From Amoebophilaceae bacterium (GTDB lineage Bacteria; Bacteroidota; Bacteroidia; Cytophagales; Amoebophilaceae), in NCBI GenBank assembly GCA_965275955.1, contig OZ254961.1, positions 301,817 to 365,816 on the forward strand: a stretch of 64,000 nucleotides of DNA. The letters are read 5' to 3'. Each line of letters opens with the position of its first letter. Within the stretch, counting starts at the first letter, position 1. The position numbers and the translations under genes were made by a program. The notes under the pieces were generated by a model. It saw only the letters and a program-made list of their open reading frames with translations. It made no database searches and was not told the origin of the DNA. Of this stretch, positions 20,532 through 30,798 are shown piece by piece.

Positions 20532-23325
20532 CTAAGCTTCCTCCAACAGCAACATATCTAGCTCAAACTCGGTATACGCAACCCCATGCTCCACATCACT
20601 ACCATAACGCAGCATACCCTCTGAGGCCAATAGTAACAACTCGGCTACTCCTAACCCTACATCAGCTATAGCACTGGAGGACTCACTTGGAAATAATTGC
20701 ACAATTTCCCCTAAAAGAGAGACAGGAATAGCACTCCCCATAAGACGGACATACACCCTCCCTGCCTCACTAAGCCATATCCGTATCTCTTGCTGCTTCA
20801 TTAGCTCACTGCTCGTACAGAAACGCAAGACTTGGAGCAAGGTATATCTAAAATGGGGCACAGAAACATACGCCCTGAAATCTGCCGACAAGTCTACGGC
20901 TACCGACAGGTGCTTGTTGAGAAAAAAAACCATCCACCACCGGCCGTACACAGTCCCTCATAGATAAGCGTTCGATCTTGGGGGCAATAACGTGGACGCG
21001 CAAGGCCTCGACAAGCAACTCTTGCATGTGCACCCCTTGTCTGACAAACTCATGGGCTGTGGGCCTGAAGTACTTAAAGAAATCTATGAACTGTTCAGCG
21101 CTTGTTTGCTGGCTCTTGGCTAGGTGTTGCGGTATAGAGGCAGCTTGTAGGTAGGCGTTGCTTTCGATGAAATCACCCACCTGCTTGTCTATGCGCTGAG
21201 CGAGGCGCATCACAGCAGCTCTAGAGAAGGAGGCTTCCAATCCTCGCATGGCATCGCTACAGTGCGTAGCCATGTCTTGCAGTCTGCGCTCGAAGAATTG
21301 CTGCCTCCTACGGGCAAAGAGCAAGCCAATGAGGGTAAAGAAAGTAACAGCATATACGAATGCATAGGCTGTATCGATATCCATACTCACTGCTAAGTGA
21401 CCTATCCCTAGCTTGTATAACCCTAGTGCTAAGGCAATCCCAAGAATGGATAGCCCTATAAACGTAGCCCAGTCTGATAGCACAATAAGCAGCATAATAG
21501 CGAGGGCTACATTAAGCAGCCACTCTATACTGCCCCCCTCTAGGAGCAATAGGAATGTAGTAACAAAAGGCAAACAATAGAGCAAGCAAAAGTGATAGTA
21601 GATAGGAAAGTAAGGAAGTAGCCAATGGGGCCACTGTGACTTGAGTAGCAAACCCACACAGAGCAGTGTGCCAATACCCCTGATACCTAATAACCAGTTA
21701 TAAGCAGAGGGAGCTGCATAGCTATGCATAAACAAAGGCACCATATAACCGATTGCCACAAAAAGAGCGAACACGGTAGGATTGGCCCCATACTTGGCTA
21801 CCCTATCTTGCGAGTAGCGGAACAGCTTTTGAGGTGTAGGGATGAGGTCGGAAAAGCTTTTGCCCGTGCCTTCCCAACTGGGATGCCATATATAGCTTTC
21901 TTGCTGGCCTCCCGACCGCTTGACTACTGCGAAGCCGCGGTTTGAGAGATAATGGGTACCAAAGAAACTGAACGCGTTAACTAGGATGCAGATAGGTATA
22001 ACTAGCTCTTCGCCCAGATATAGCTTAGTGAGCGCAAATGCAGAGAGCGTAGTCAACAACGAAGTAAGAAAAGACTTAGTATCAGTCTTCAGACCCATAA
22101 TGCCAGTAATCAGAGGGATAGTAAAAAGCAAAGCAGCTAAGTCCATTCCATACATGGCTATCTTAAAGATATCCCTCACGGTCAAGACTACTATAACAGC
22201 GAGGCAGGCTATCAGAAATGTTGTGTATTGAACTACTTTGAGTTCATTAATAGCTACTCCTCTTTTCTTCAAGAGAGGCTTGATGAGATCATGGGTAAAT
22301 GAAACTCCAGCAGCATGCAAGAATGAATCAGTAGTAGACATAATGACAGCTAACAAGGCTGTCCACACTAACCCCTTGAGTCCTAGAGGAAGATGGCTAA
22401 CGATATGAGTTAAGACGTCTTGGGAGTTAATTTGAGGGTATACAACCAGTGCGGCCAGGCCGATGAAGGTCAGTAACAGAAAGAAAGGGATAAGAAAAGC
22501 TAGGCTCAAATAATACATGTTAACGCTCTGTCGCTGATCTCTCGCCATGAGCATCCTTTGAATAAAAGGGAAGCTAAGAGGAAACCCAGGAAAAAGGTAC
22601 CATAGTGCCAATATGGGTAAGGTGTAATAGCCAGCACTGAAAGCTCCCGTCTTATCCTGTCCAAAGAGCTGGAACTTTTCTTGAGGTACGCTATTGAGCA
22701 ATGCGCGTATACCCCCTGCTTGATAGGTCATCAGATGGGCCAGTAAAGGTATGGCCGCAACGATGGCAGTAAACTGAAGGATATCGGTAGCAGTAACAGC
22801 TCGCATGCCCCCTTTGGCAGTATACATGGCTAATATCAAGGCAGCCAAGCTAAGACCCCAATCGCTGCTAATGCCCAGAAGTTCACAAACATAACCTAGA
22901 AAGAGTATTTGTATACTGACAGTTGTGGTGTTATAAATCAGCCCTAAGCATCCAGTAATCATTTGTCCATATTGTCCATAAAATGTATTCATCAGGTCAC
23001 CCATGGTCAGGTGGTCTTTGAAATGCACTATTTTAGGAGCAATGAACCAGGCAATAAACAATAAGCAGAAAATGACAGCAAATACTACATCTGGTATGAT
23101 ATAGATAAGACCATCAGCAAATACATCACTTGGAAAGCCAAACAAATGCCAGCCTCCTATATAGGTTGCTACCAATGTAAGCGTAAGCGCGCCTGTCCCA
23201 AACTGTTTATTAGCAATGGCATACTCTCTGATATCCTTAATCCCCCTGCCTGCTAATAGGCCGATAAGCAGTGTAAGGAGTAGGAAGCCTCCTACTATGA
23301 GATAGTCTATACTAAGGTAATTCAT
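20532..23325 (-). pseudogene. Sodium:solute-symporter-like domain, second membrane module and degenerate histidine-kinase-like tail (paralogue P1), frameshifted in an A8 run
   Basis: The 825-aa ORF has an SSS-type N-terminus (GRGIKDIREYAIANKQFG, KGGMRAVTATDILQF). A second multi-helix block follows (WPHWLLPYFPIYYHFCLLYCLPF...). The frame breaks at the homopolymer 20922-20929. The 20532..20951 ORF continues with FFLNKHLSVAVDLS...DVGLGVAELLLLASEGMLRYGSDVEHGVAYTEFEL, which looks like a HATPase_c G2/lid region. T7 instead of T8 on the coding strand gives one ~930-aa ORF. Confidence 0.7.
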
Positions 23326-23410
23326 AATGATGCGCTCCTATGCGCTGGATATCTAAAATAACTCCCTTTGCACAAAAGTCAAAGTGTGTGGAACTTCTTC
23401 GAAAGCGGGA

Positions 23411-24715
23411 TTAAACTTTACCAGCTCGGAACTGGGGGTCATCCATAAGGCGCAAGTGAAAGGGAAGGGTGGTCTTAATACCTTCGATAACACACTCTTC
23501 TAGGGCCCTTTTCATCCTGACCATGGCTTCTTCGCGGGACTGTCCCCGCACAATGAGCTTGGCAATCATAGCATCGTAATGGGCAGGAATAGTGTAGCCA
23601 GCGTAGATGTGGGTATCGACGCGTACCCCTGCACCACCAGGCAGATGCAAGTGCTGGATTTTGCCTGGACAGGGCCTAAAGTCTTTGCTGGGGTCTTCTG
23701 CGTTGATTCTACATTCAATGGCATGTCCTTCAGGGTAGTAGTTCTGGCCACTGATCTTGTCGCCCGCCGCGATTTTTATTTGCTCTTTGATCAGATCCAA
23801 ACGGGTTACTTCTTCTGTCACAGGATGTTCTACCTGAATGCGGGTATTCATCTCCATGAAGTAAAAGTTGCGTTGTTGGTCTACTAAAAACTCTACTGTC
23901 CCTGCCCCTTCGTAGCCAATGAATTCAGCCGCTTTGATCGCTGCTTGGCCCATTTGTTCGCGCAGCGCTGGGGTCATGAAAGGGGAGGGCATCTCTTCAA
24001 CCAGCTTTTGGTGCCTACGCTGAATGGAGCAGTCGCGTTCAGACAGGTGACAGGCCCGGCCTGTATGGTCGCCAATAATTTGAATTTCTAGGTGCCGCGC
24101 TTCTTCAATGCACTTTTCTAAGTAGAGGCCATCACTGGCAAAAGCCGCCTGGGCTTCGCGCTTAGCAGCTTCCCAGGCGGCAGCAAATTCTTTGGGCGTA
24201 TGTACAGCTTTGATGCCTTTTCCCCCACCGCCTGCAGTGGCTTTGAGCAATACAGGGTAGCCCAGGTCTTGGGCCCAAGCCATGCCTTCTTCTATGGAAG
24301 CCAACAGTCCCTCAGAACCTGGAATAGTCGGCACACCTGCTTCCTTCATCGTGGCTTTGGCAGTGGCTTTATCGCCCATCTTGTTGATGGCTTCAGGAGC
24401 AGGGCCAATGAATTTGATACCGTACTCTTCACACATGCTTGCAAAAGCTGCATGCTCCGATAAGAATCCGTAGCCAGGATGAATAGCCTGGGCATTAGTA
24501 AGCTCAGCTGCGGCCATTAGCTGGGGAATGTTGAGGTAAGACAACCGACTAGGGGCCGGGCCAATGCACACTGCCTCATCTGCAAAGCGTACATGAAGAC
24601 TGTCTTTATCTGCTGTAGAATAGACAGATACTGTCTTAATGCCCATCTCACGGCAGGTTCTGATGATACGCAGGGCGATTTCTCCTCGGTTGGCAATAAG
24701 TATCTTTTTAAACAA
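23411..24715 (-). CDS. accC: Acetyl-CoA carboxylase biotin carboxylase subunit
   Basis: The TTG start at 24715 gives the canonical [17 protein letters not shown]. Also has the ATP-grasp [17 protein letters not shown] and [14 protein letters not shown]. Confidence 0.95.
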   Translation of the reverse strand: MFKKILIANRGEIALRIIRTCREMGIKTVSVYSTADKDSLHVRFADEAVCIGPAPSRLSYLNIPQLMAAAELTNAQAIHPGYGFLSEHAAFASMCEEYGIKFIGPAPEAINKMGDKATAKATMKEAGVPTIPGSEGLLASIEEGMAWAQDLGYPVLLKATAGGGGKGIKAVHTPKEFAAAWEAAKREAQAAFASDGLYLEKCIEEARHLEIQIIGDHTGRACHLSERDCSIQRRHQKLVEEMPSPFMTPALREQMGQAAIKAAEFIGYEGAGTVEFLVDQQRNFYFMEMNTRIQVEHPVTEEVTRLDLIKEQIKIAAGDKISGQNYYPEGHAIECRINAEDPSKDFRPCPGKIQHLHLPGGAGVRVDTHIYAGYTIPAHYDAMIAKLIVRGQSREEAMVRMKRALEECVIEGIKTTLPFHLRLMDDPQFRAGKV

Positions 24716-24791
24716 AATGATGAGTTTATGAGCTGGGGCCACGCTTTTTGAGTACTTTTCTGGCCCGCATACATGGATAGTTTATCACGCC

Positions 24792-25247
24792 TTAAGCTGG
24801 ATTGATGAGGAACAACGGCTGGTCATACGCTACTGGAGAAGCATCATCAACCAGTACCTTGATAATAGTGCCCGCCACATCTGCTTCTATCTCATTGAAA
24901 AGCTTCATGGCTTCAATGACACATAGTTTCTGACCTTTTTCTATCTGGTCGCCTACCTGGACAAATGGGGGGGCATCTGGGTTGGGTGCTTGGTAAAATG
25001 TGCCAATCATGGGTGCCTTGAACTCAACGTAGTGGTTGGTTGGTTGGCTGCCAGTAGTATCAGCGGCAGCAGTGACAGCCTGTGAGGCTTGTGCAGGCAC
25101 TGGGGCGCTAGGGGCTGGAGCTATTGGCTGTACAATAGACACATTCCTTTTGACAGCCAGCTTGATTTGCTCGGTCTCTATATTTACTTCTTCTAAGCCA
25201 GACTTAGCAATGAAGTCGATCAATGCTTCAATTTCTTCTACTTTCAT
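24792..25247 (-). CDS. accB: Biotin carboxyl carrier protein
   Basis: 151 aa. Ala/Pro-rich linker and the biotinylation motif CVIEAMKLFNEIEA. Confidence 0.93.
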   Translation of the reverse strand: MKVEEIEALIDFIAKSGLEEVNIETEQIKLAVKRNVSIVQPIAPAPSAPVPAQASQAVTAAADTTGSQPTNHYVEFKAPMIGTFYQAPNPDAPPFVQVGDQIEKGQKLCVIEAMKLFNEIEADVAGTIIKVLVDDASPVAYDQPLFLINPA

Positions 25248-25252
25248 GGTTG

Positions 25253-25819
25253 TTACTCTTTGATACGTTCTGCATAAGTGCTTGTTCGGGTGTCAATTTT
25301 AAGCACATCCTCGTTGTCAATGAACAAAGGTACTTGAATTTGTAAGCCTGTTTCTAAAGTGGCAGGCTTGAGTGTCTTCGTGGCTGTATCACCTTTAAAT
25401 CCTGGCTCTGTGTAAGTGACCTTGAGCGCTACAAAAGGAGGAAGTTCACAGTTCAGTGGCTGGGCAGTTTCTTGGTGCAAGAGAATGTCTACTTCTTGGC
25501 CTTCTTTGAGCAGGTGGGGGGCATTGATAAGGCTTTCTTCCAGGGTGAGCTGCTCAAAAGAGGCATTGTCCATAAAGTGGTAAATGCTGTTGTCTTGGTA
25601 CAAAAACTGATGGGGCCTGCGCTCTATCCTAGCAGTATCTATTTTGACGCCTGCATTGAAGGTATGGTCAATGACTTTGCCCGTGGTCAAGCTCTTGAGT
25701 TTGGTCCGTACAAAGGCCCCCCCTTTACCTGGCTTCACGTGCTGGAACTCGATGATGGTGTAAAGGTCGTTGTTGAACTGAATGCACAACCCCTTGCTGA
25801 AATCGCTAGTAGTAGCCAC
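25253..25819 (-). CDS. efp: Elongation factor P
   Basis: 188 aa. HVKPGKGGAFVRTKLKS loop and three OB-like domains. Confidence 0.94.
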   Translation of the reverse strand: MATTSDFSKGLCIQFNNDLYTIIEFQHVKPGKGGAFVRTKLKSLTTGKVIDHTFNAGVKIDTARIERRPHQFLYQDNSIYHFMDNASFEQLTLEESLINAPHLLKEGQEVDILLHQETAQPLNCELPPFVALKVTYTEPGFKGDTATKTLKPATLETGLQIQVPLFIDNEDVLKIDTRTSTYAERIKE

Positions 25820-25894
25820 TTTTAGGTAGTTCTAAATCTTGACAAACGCACGGCCAAGGATTGCTCTTTGATAGGCCTCATTAATGTCTCTCTG

Positions 25895-26941
25895 CTATTG
25901 CGCAAATTTTTCTGCATCATCCTCCCTCCTCATGCATAATGATTGAGCCTGTTGGCCCCAAATAATATAAGCAGCCCCCCAAGTAAAGCCACCCCCAAAA
26001 GCTGTCAAAATCAGTCGATCTCCTGGCTTGAGCTTGGGCGCATATTGCCATAAACAAAGCGGAATCGTAGCAGCTGTGGTATTGCCGAATTTGTCAATGT
26101 TCATCATGAACTTGTCCATGCTTATACCTGCTCTTTGGGCTACGGTGCTGAGGATTCTCTGGTTAGCTTGGTGGGGCACAATATAGGCCAAAGCGTCGCT
26201 GCTTAGCTGGTTCCTTTGCATGATTGCTTCCACTACTTCGGCCATTTTGGTGACAGCTACTTTGAATACTGCCTGGCCGTTCTGGTACACATAGTGTTCT
26301 TTAGCATCAATGGTAGCATACGAAGGAGGTCTTCGGCTGCCCCCTGCTTTTAGGTGCAAGTACTCCTCTCCTACTCCATCCCCTTGGAGTACGCTGTCTA
26401 TAAGTCCCTGTCCCTCTTTATTAGGCGCTAGTAGCAATGCTCCAGCGCCATCACCAAACAAAATGCAGCTAGTGCGATCTTCATAGTCTGTAATAGAAGA
26501 CATTTTGTCGGTGCCTACAATAATAACTTTGCGGCACCTGCCGGTTTCAATGAATTGGGCGCCCGTAACCAGGGCATATAAAAAGCCCGAACAAGCCGCC
26601 TGCAGGTCGTAGCTGAAAGCATTGACAGCACCTACAGCATGGGCAATGATGTTGCCAGTAGCTGGCGTAGGGAGGTCAGGAGTGATAGTGGCGCAGATGA
26701 GGAGGTCGATGTCCCGGGGATCAGTGCGGGTTTTTTCCAATAGCCCCTTGACAGCTTCAATGCCCATAACAGAGCTTCCCTGGCCTTCGCCCTTGAGAAT
26801 GCGCCTCTCTTTGATCCCCGTTCTACTCGTAATCCACTCGTCAGTAGTATCAAGCATTTTTTCTAACTCGGCGTTCGTCAAAATATAATCGGGGACGTAG
26901 CCATGAACGCCAGTAATGGCTGCACGCGTTGTTGGAATCAC
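25895..26941 (-). CDS. fabH: 3-oxoacyl-ACP synthase III
   Basis: Catalytic triad contexts QAACSGF, VPHQANQRI and FGNTTAATIP. It has a ~20-aa C-terminal tail. Confidence 0.93.
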   Translation of the reverse strand: MIPTTRAAITGVHGYVPDYILTNAELEKMLDTTDEWITSRTGIKERRILKGEGQGSSVMGIEAVKGLLEKTRTDPRDIDLLICATITPDLPTPATGNIIAHAVGAVNAFSYDLQAACSGFLYALVTGAQFIETGRCRKVIIVGTDKMSSITDYEDRTSCILFGDGAGALLLAPNKEGQGLIDSVLQGDGVGEEYLHLKAGGSRRPPSYATIDAKEHYVYQNGQAVFKVAVTKMAEVVEAIMQRNQLSSDALAYIVPHQANQRILSTVAQRAGISMDKFMMNIDKFGNTTAATIPLCLWQYAPKLKPGDRLILTAFGGGFTWGAAYIIWGQQAQSLCMRREDDAEKFAQ

Positions 26942-26974
26942 TGCCTAGGGTTATGAATTATTGGTGATGAGTAC

Positions 26975-27805
26975 TTAAACCACTGTTGAGAGCAACTTGC
27001 GTTGATGGGGTTGCGCATTTACTTGGTCGATGATTCCTTGCCAATAAGCTACAAAATGTTCTTCTGTAATGTTTTGGGAGGCGTAGGTTTGGGCATCGTG
27101 GTATTCGATGCCTACAAATTCGATGGTAGGATCCCATATAGTTAGCGCTTGCGCAATGTACGTTAAGTTTTTCAACAGGTCATCAACCATGACAATACGT
27201 TGGGGTTTCCAACCTGCTCTTTGGAGAAAGGCTACGAGTACTGCCCCCTTATTGCTAGCTCCCCTACCCCCATTAGCATAAAGAATTCCCTGATGGTAAG
27301 CGGGGTGATTGTGATTGTTGGCTGGAAGCTCATCAAGAAGAAGTTCTTGGAAAGTAAAGGCTGACTGAAAATTCATGCTCAGCGCCTGTAGGTCTTGGAA
27401 GCGGCGTTCCTGAAGTGGGCCCAGCCCCTCCAGAGCGCCTGTCAAAGAAGCAGTAAAGGCTATCGTGGTGATGCCCTGATTTTGGAGAGTTTTGACGACT
27501 ACTGGTGTGTCTTTTTCGGCCAACTGCTGCCCAGGGGCTTGGGTAGCTAGGGTGAGGGTTTTATCTTCTTCCACCTCGCTGAGTGGTTTTAGAAGGTGTT
27601 CTAGTGCTGCCTGGTGCATTTTCATGTTGGGATGGTGGCAAGCAGGATGCCGAGGCACTGTAAGCGTCATGTCCACATCAAAGGCAACTAGCGCAGCAGA
27701 AGTTTCTGCTAGATGGCGGTCAATGATTTGACGTACCGTTCCCATGGTAGAGGCCTGCGTAATCATTGCCTCAATCTGCATGTCCGTATTGGTGTTTTGC
27801 GCCAT
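26975..27805 (-). CDS. HAD-superfamily-like hypothetical protein
   Basis: 276 aa. HAD motif I LVAFDVDMTLT, motif II IAFTAS, a candidate motif III Lys (SNKGAV) and motif IV IVMVDDLLKN. The overall shape reminds me of DUF2608, but that is an unverified recollection. Confidence 0.45.
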   Translation of the reverse strand: MAQNTNTDMQIEAMITQASTMGTVRQIIDRHLAETSAALVAFDVDMTLTVPRHPACHHPNMKMHQAALEHLLKPLSEVEEDKTLTLATQAPGQQLAEKDTPVVVKTLQNQGITTIAFTASLTGALEGLGPLQERRFQDLQALSMNFQSAFTFQELLLDELPANNHNHPAYHQGILYANGGRGASNKGAVLVAFLQRAGWKPQRIVMVDDLLKNLTYIAQALTIWDPTIEFVGIEYHDAQTYASQNITEEHFVAYWQGIIDQVNAQPHQRKLLSTVV

Positions 27806-27856
27806 GTGCGTTACTTTTCGGAAGTCATTAGGCCTAGGAGAAGCTTTTTTAGCGGT

Positions 27857-28042
27857 CTAGTTAGGCTTTTCCATCACTACCCTGCCCTTATAGTAGAGTT
27901 TATCTTCGTGCCAAAAAGCCCGGTGAGGGAGATGTAGCTCGCCAGTGGTAGGACAAACCGAAAAATTAGGCAAAGAAGCTTTATAATGAGTCCTTCGCTT
28001 GTCTCTTCTAGTACGAGAAGTCTTTCGCTTAGGGTGTGCCAT
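27857..28042 (-). CDS. rpmF: 50S ribosomal protein L32
   Basis: 61 aa. The [22 protein letters not shown]-terminus is diagnostic. A TAAATTTG -7 box lies at 28074-28081 on the coding strand. Confidence 0.93.
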   Translation of the reverse strand: MAHPKRKTSRTRRDKRRTHYKASLPNFSVCPTTGELHLPHRAFWHEDKLYYKGRVVMEKPN

Positions 28043-28151
28043 GGTTTATTGAGTAATTGGGTGAGAGGAGAAGCAAATTTAGCAAAAAAAGAATATCCTA
28101 AAATAAAAGTAGCTTATACCCACGATCAGCTTGCTAGTGCTATGAATAGTC

Positions 28152-29051
28152 TCAAAATTGCTCCACGACCCCCAGGCCAAAAAGGGCAAAGTCATACTGC
28201 ACAGGGTCTGTAGGACATAGGGCCTTGAGGTTTTGAGTAAGTGCTAAGGCTGCATGCCAGTTAGTGTTTCTATGCGTAAGCAGTCCTAACTTGCGAGCCA
28301 CACGGCCCACATGCACATCGCAGGGACAAACCAGTTGGTGGGGTTGGATGTGTTGCCACAAACCAAAATCTACTCCCCTATCATCTTTACGCACCATCCA
28401 TCGCAAAAACATGTTGAGGCGTTTACAAGCCGATCGACGCTTAGGCGTGGCAATGTGTTTGTAGGTGCGCCAAGGAGCATCAGCTAGCCTAAAACAAAGC
28501 TTATGAAAGTTCACAAGCCCTTTTTCTACAGAGGTATCGTGGGGAGACATGCCTTGCCAAAACGCTGTTTCCAACGTCTCGTGTTGTTGGTAATATCGCT
28601 GCAAAAAACGAATGATATAAAGCGTGTCTGTAGGGTTCAAGGTACGATGCTTAAAGTGACACAGAAGCTTGAGGTCGCCTGGCTGATGGTGCAAGACAAA
28701 ATCGTGGGGAGCATGATCCATTCTTCCCAAAAGTTCTTTGCACTTGCTAATAATCACCTTACGCTGTCCCCAAGCTAAGATAGCTGCCCAAAGCCCTGCA
28801 ATCTCAATGTCTTGCTGCTTGTGATATTGATGGGGAATAAGAATAGGGTCATCTTGAATGAAGTCTGGGCGGTTATATTGAGCTACCTTAGCGTCTAGGA
28901 AGTCTTTTAGGTGAGCACTGTGTGAAAACAACAAATCGATCGTTTGGTTGCAAGGCGCTGCTAGCGCAACGTGAATAACTAAATATTTATCCAACTTAGC
29001 ATCGCATGGGGTACCTATTCCTTGGGGATAAGCATATAGGGCAGGAGCCAA
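28152..29051 (-). CDS. TIGR02757 (DUF2400) family protein
   Basis: DPILIPHQY..DIEIAGLWAAILAWGQR..PCDVHVGRVARKLGLL is typical of this family. The true start is probably downstream of the ATG at 29051, for example the TTG codons near 28932-28937. Confidence 0.7.
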   Translation of the reverse strand: MAPALYAYPQGIGTPCDAKLDKYLVIHVALAAPCNQTIDLLFSHSAHLKDFLDAKVAQYNRPDFIQDDPILIPHQYHKQQDIEIAGLWAAILAWGQRKVIISKCKELLGRMDHAPHDFVLHHQPGDLKLLCHFKHRTLNPTDTLYIIRFLQRYYQQHETLETAFWQGMSPHDTSVEKGLVNFHKLCFRLADAPWRTYKHIATPKRRSACKRLNMFLRWMVRKDDRGVDFGLWQHIQPHQLVCPCDVHVGRVARKLGLLTHRNTNWHAALALTQNLKALCPTDPVQYDFALFGLGVVEQF

Positions 29052-29120
29052 CCACTAGCTAGTTGGCTTACCTAGGTTACTTATTTTTACATCTACGCAA
29101 ATTATTTAAAACTAACATAC

Positions 29121-30290
29121 GTGCTGTTAGACTGTATTATCTGGCATGGTAGTCCCATTCTTCTACACTTAGGCAAATTTGAGATCCGATGGTACGGTCT
29201 GTTGTTTGCGTTAGGCTTTTTATTAGGCTCGCAAATAATGTCCTATATATTTCAGAAAGAGGAGAGACTCTTGAAGGACGTAGATATTTTAACACTGCAC
29301 ATCGTATTGGGGACTATCATTGGCGCACGCCTAGGACACGTGTTATTTTATGAATTTTCTTATTTCTCTCAACATCCACTTGAAATTTTCTTACCTGTTG
29401 TTTTCGAGCCTAAATTGAAGTTTATAGGCTATCAAGGTTTCGCCAGCCATGGTGCTGCTATAGGTATTCTAGTAGCTATTTACATCTATGTAAATTACTC
29501 TATCGACCTTCATGGGTGGCCTCCTAAGCTAACAATCAAAAAACACCGTAGAGCTGGACAAAGCTACTTATGGATTACTGATCGCCTGATGATAGTAGTA
29601 GCATTGGCAGGATGCCTGATCAGAATAGGGAACTTTATGAATTCAGAAGTCATTGGTAAACCTACGCATAGCCACTACGGGGTTTTGTTTGTACAGGATG
29701 TCACCCAACAGCTTCGAAGCAGTAGCGCTATTGCAGGTGTCAAAATAACGAAAAGCAATGCTAAGCCGACTAATGATAGCAGCTATCTGCCCGTCACTTT
29801 AACCGTTGTTTTCAGCCATGGTAGCTTTGAGGAAAGAGCTATCAGAAACTTCTTAGAGCACAACATCAAGCACTTGCTTGTGGAAAATTACTACATAGGC
29901 AGGCACATTGATGAGCCAGCAACCCGTCCGCTAAGCTATGAGCTCTCTAGAAACAGCAGGGGGGCGTATGTAGCTCATATTAATACCTTAGGCATTTGTA
30001 GGCATCCGGCCCAGCTTTATGAATCTTTCTCTTGCCTAGTGTTGTTCTTCCTGCTGTTTTATCGATGGAGTACTAAGAAAAGCTTGCTACGACCAGGAGA
30101 AATGTTGGGTCTGTTGCTCGTCATCGTTTTTGGCTTACGTGTCTTTTATGAGCTCTTCAAAGAGAGCAAAGTAGCATTTGCAGGGGACTTCGGTCTCCTT
30201 AGGGTGCCACAGTTATTAAGTCTCCCGTTATTAATTGCTGGTATCTTGCTTGTAATATACAGTAGGAGGTCCTCGAAGGGTACAGGATAA
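29121..30290 (+). CDS. lgt: Prolipoprotein diacylglyceryl transferase with an enlarged periplasmic insertion
   Basis: 389 aa. Contains EIRWYGLLFALGFLLG, GARLGHVLF, RIGNFMNSEVIGKP and CRHPAQLYES. About 110 aa lie between the last two motifs. GTG start. Confidence 0.88.
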   Translation: MLLDCIIWHGSPILLHLGKFEIRWYGLLFALGFLLGSQIMSYIFQKEERLLKDVDILTLHIVLGTIIGARLGHVLFYEFSYFSQHPLEIFLPVVFEPKLKFIGYQGFASHGAAIGILVAIYIYVNYSIDLHGWPPKLTIKKHRRAGQSYLWITDRLMIVVALAGCLIRIGNFMNSEVIGKPTHSHYGVLFVQDVTQQLRSSSAIAGVKITKSNAKPTNDSSYLPVTLTVVFSHGSFEERAIRNFLEHNIKHLLVENYYIGRHIDEPATRPLSYELSRNSRGAYVAHINTLGICRHPAQLYESFSCLVLFFLLFYRWSTKKSLLRPGEMLGLLLVIVFGLRVFYELFKESKVAFAGDFGLLRVPQLLSLPLLIAGILLVIYSRRSSKGTG

Positions 30291-30501
30291 ATAGTGAGTC
30301 CTACAAGCTAGCAAGAGCCTCTATGCTTATAGCATGGCTCATGTTGATGTATGCTCAGCTTTTGGTTCTTAAATTTCTCTACAGGCATTCGCAGGGAGTT
30401 TAGAGAGAGGATTCGAAGTGCTTCTATGGGTGTTGCAATGCTTGAGAAGCTAAACATAACCAAAATTATACAAATAATGTTATCAAGTATGCTGTAATTC
30501 A

Positions 30502-30792
30502 TCACGGAACAGGGTCATAGCCGCTTCCGCCCCCCGGATGGCAGCGTGCTATTCGTTTCATGGCCAGCCATATTCCTTTTATCACTCCATACTTGGTTAT
30601 GGCCTCTTGGGTGTAGGTAGAGCAACTAGGATGAAAACGGCAGCAATCAGCAATGAGTGGTGCTATGAGGTACTGATAGGCAAGAATGGGCAAGAGGAAA
30701 AGTTTCGTAAAAAGGCTAAGGAAGCGCTGCTTGGCTTGCTTAGGAGCAGGGGGAAGTGCTAACTTGAATGGTTGCGTATCGAGCTTCTGCAT
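30502..30792 (-). CDS. yidD: Membrane protein insertion efficiency factor YidD
   Basis: [42 protein letters not shown]. Confidence 0.9.
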   Translation of the reverse strand: MQKLDTQPFKLALPPAPKQAKQRFLSLFTKLFLLPILAYQYLIAPLIADCCRFHPSCSTYTQEAITKYGVIKGIWLAMKRIARCHPGGGSGYDPVP

Positions 30793-30798
30793 ATCTCC

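Noticed and set aside
20148-20951. The idea that the HD-domain piece is a genuine C-terminal output domain of sensor P1, read through the in-frame TAG at 20532-20534.
   Set aside because: The residues before the TAG align gap-free to the end of a HATPase_c domain and to paralogue P2, which makes this a natural gene end. The HD piece lacks its first His motif and is also truncated at its C-terminus. The shared frame has a 1-in-3 chance of being coincidence. It could still be tested by comparing orthologues.
30308-30505. 65-aa ORF downstream of yidD with one hydrophobic segment.
   Set aside because: It has no recognisable motif and an AT-rich context, and it overlaps the yidD stop region. The evidence is insufficient to call a gene.
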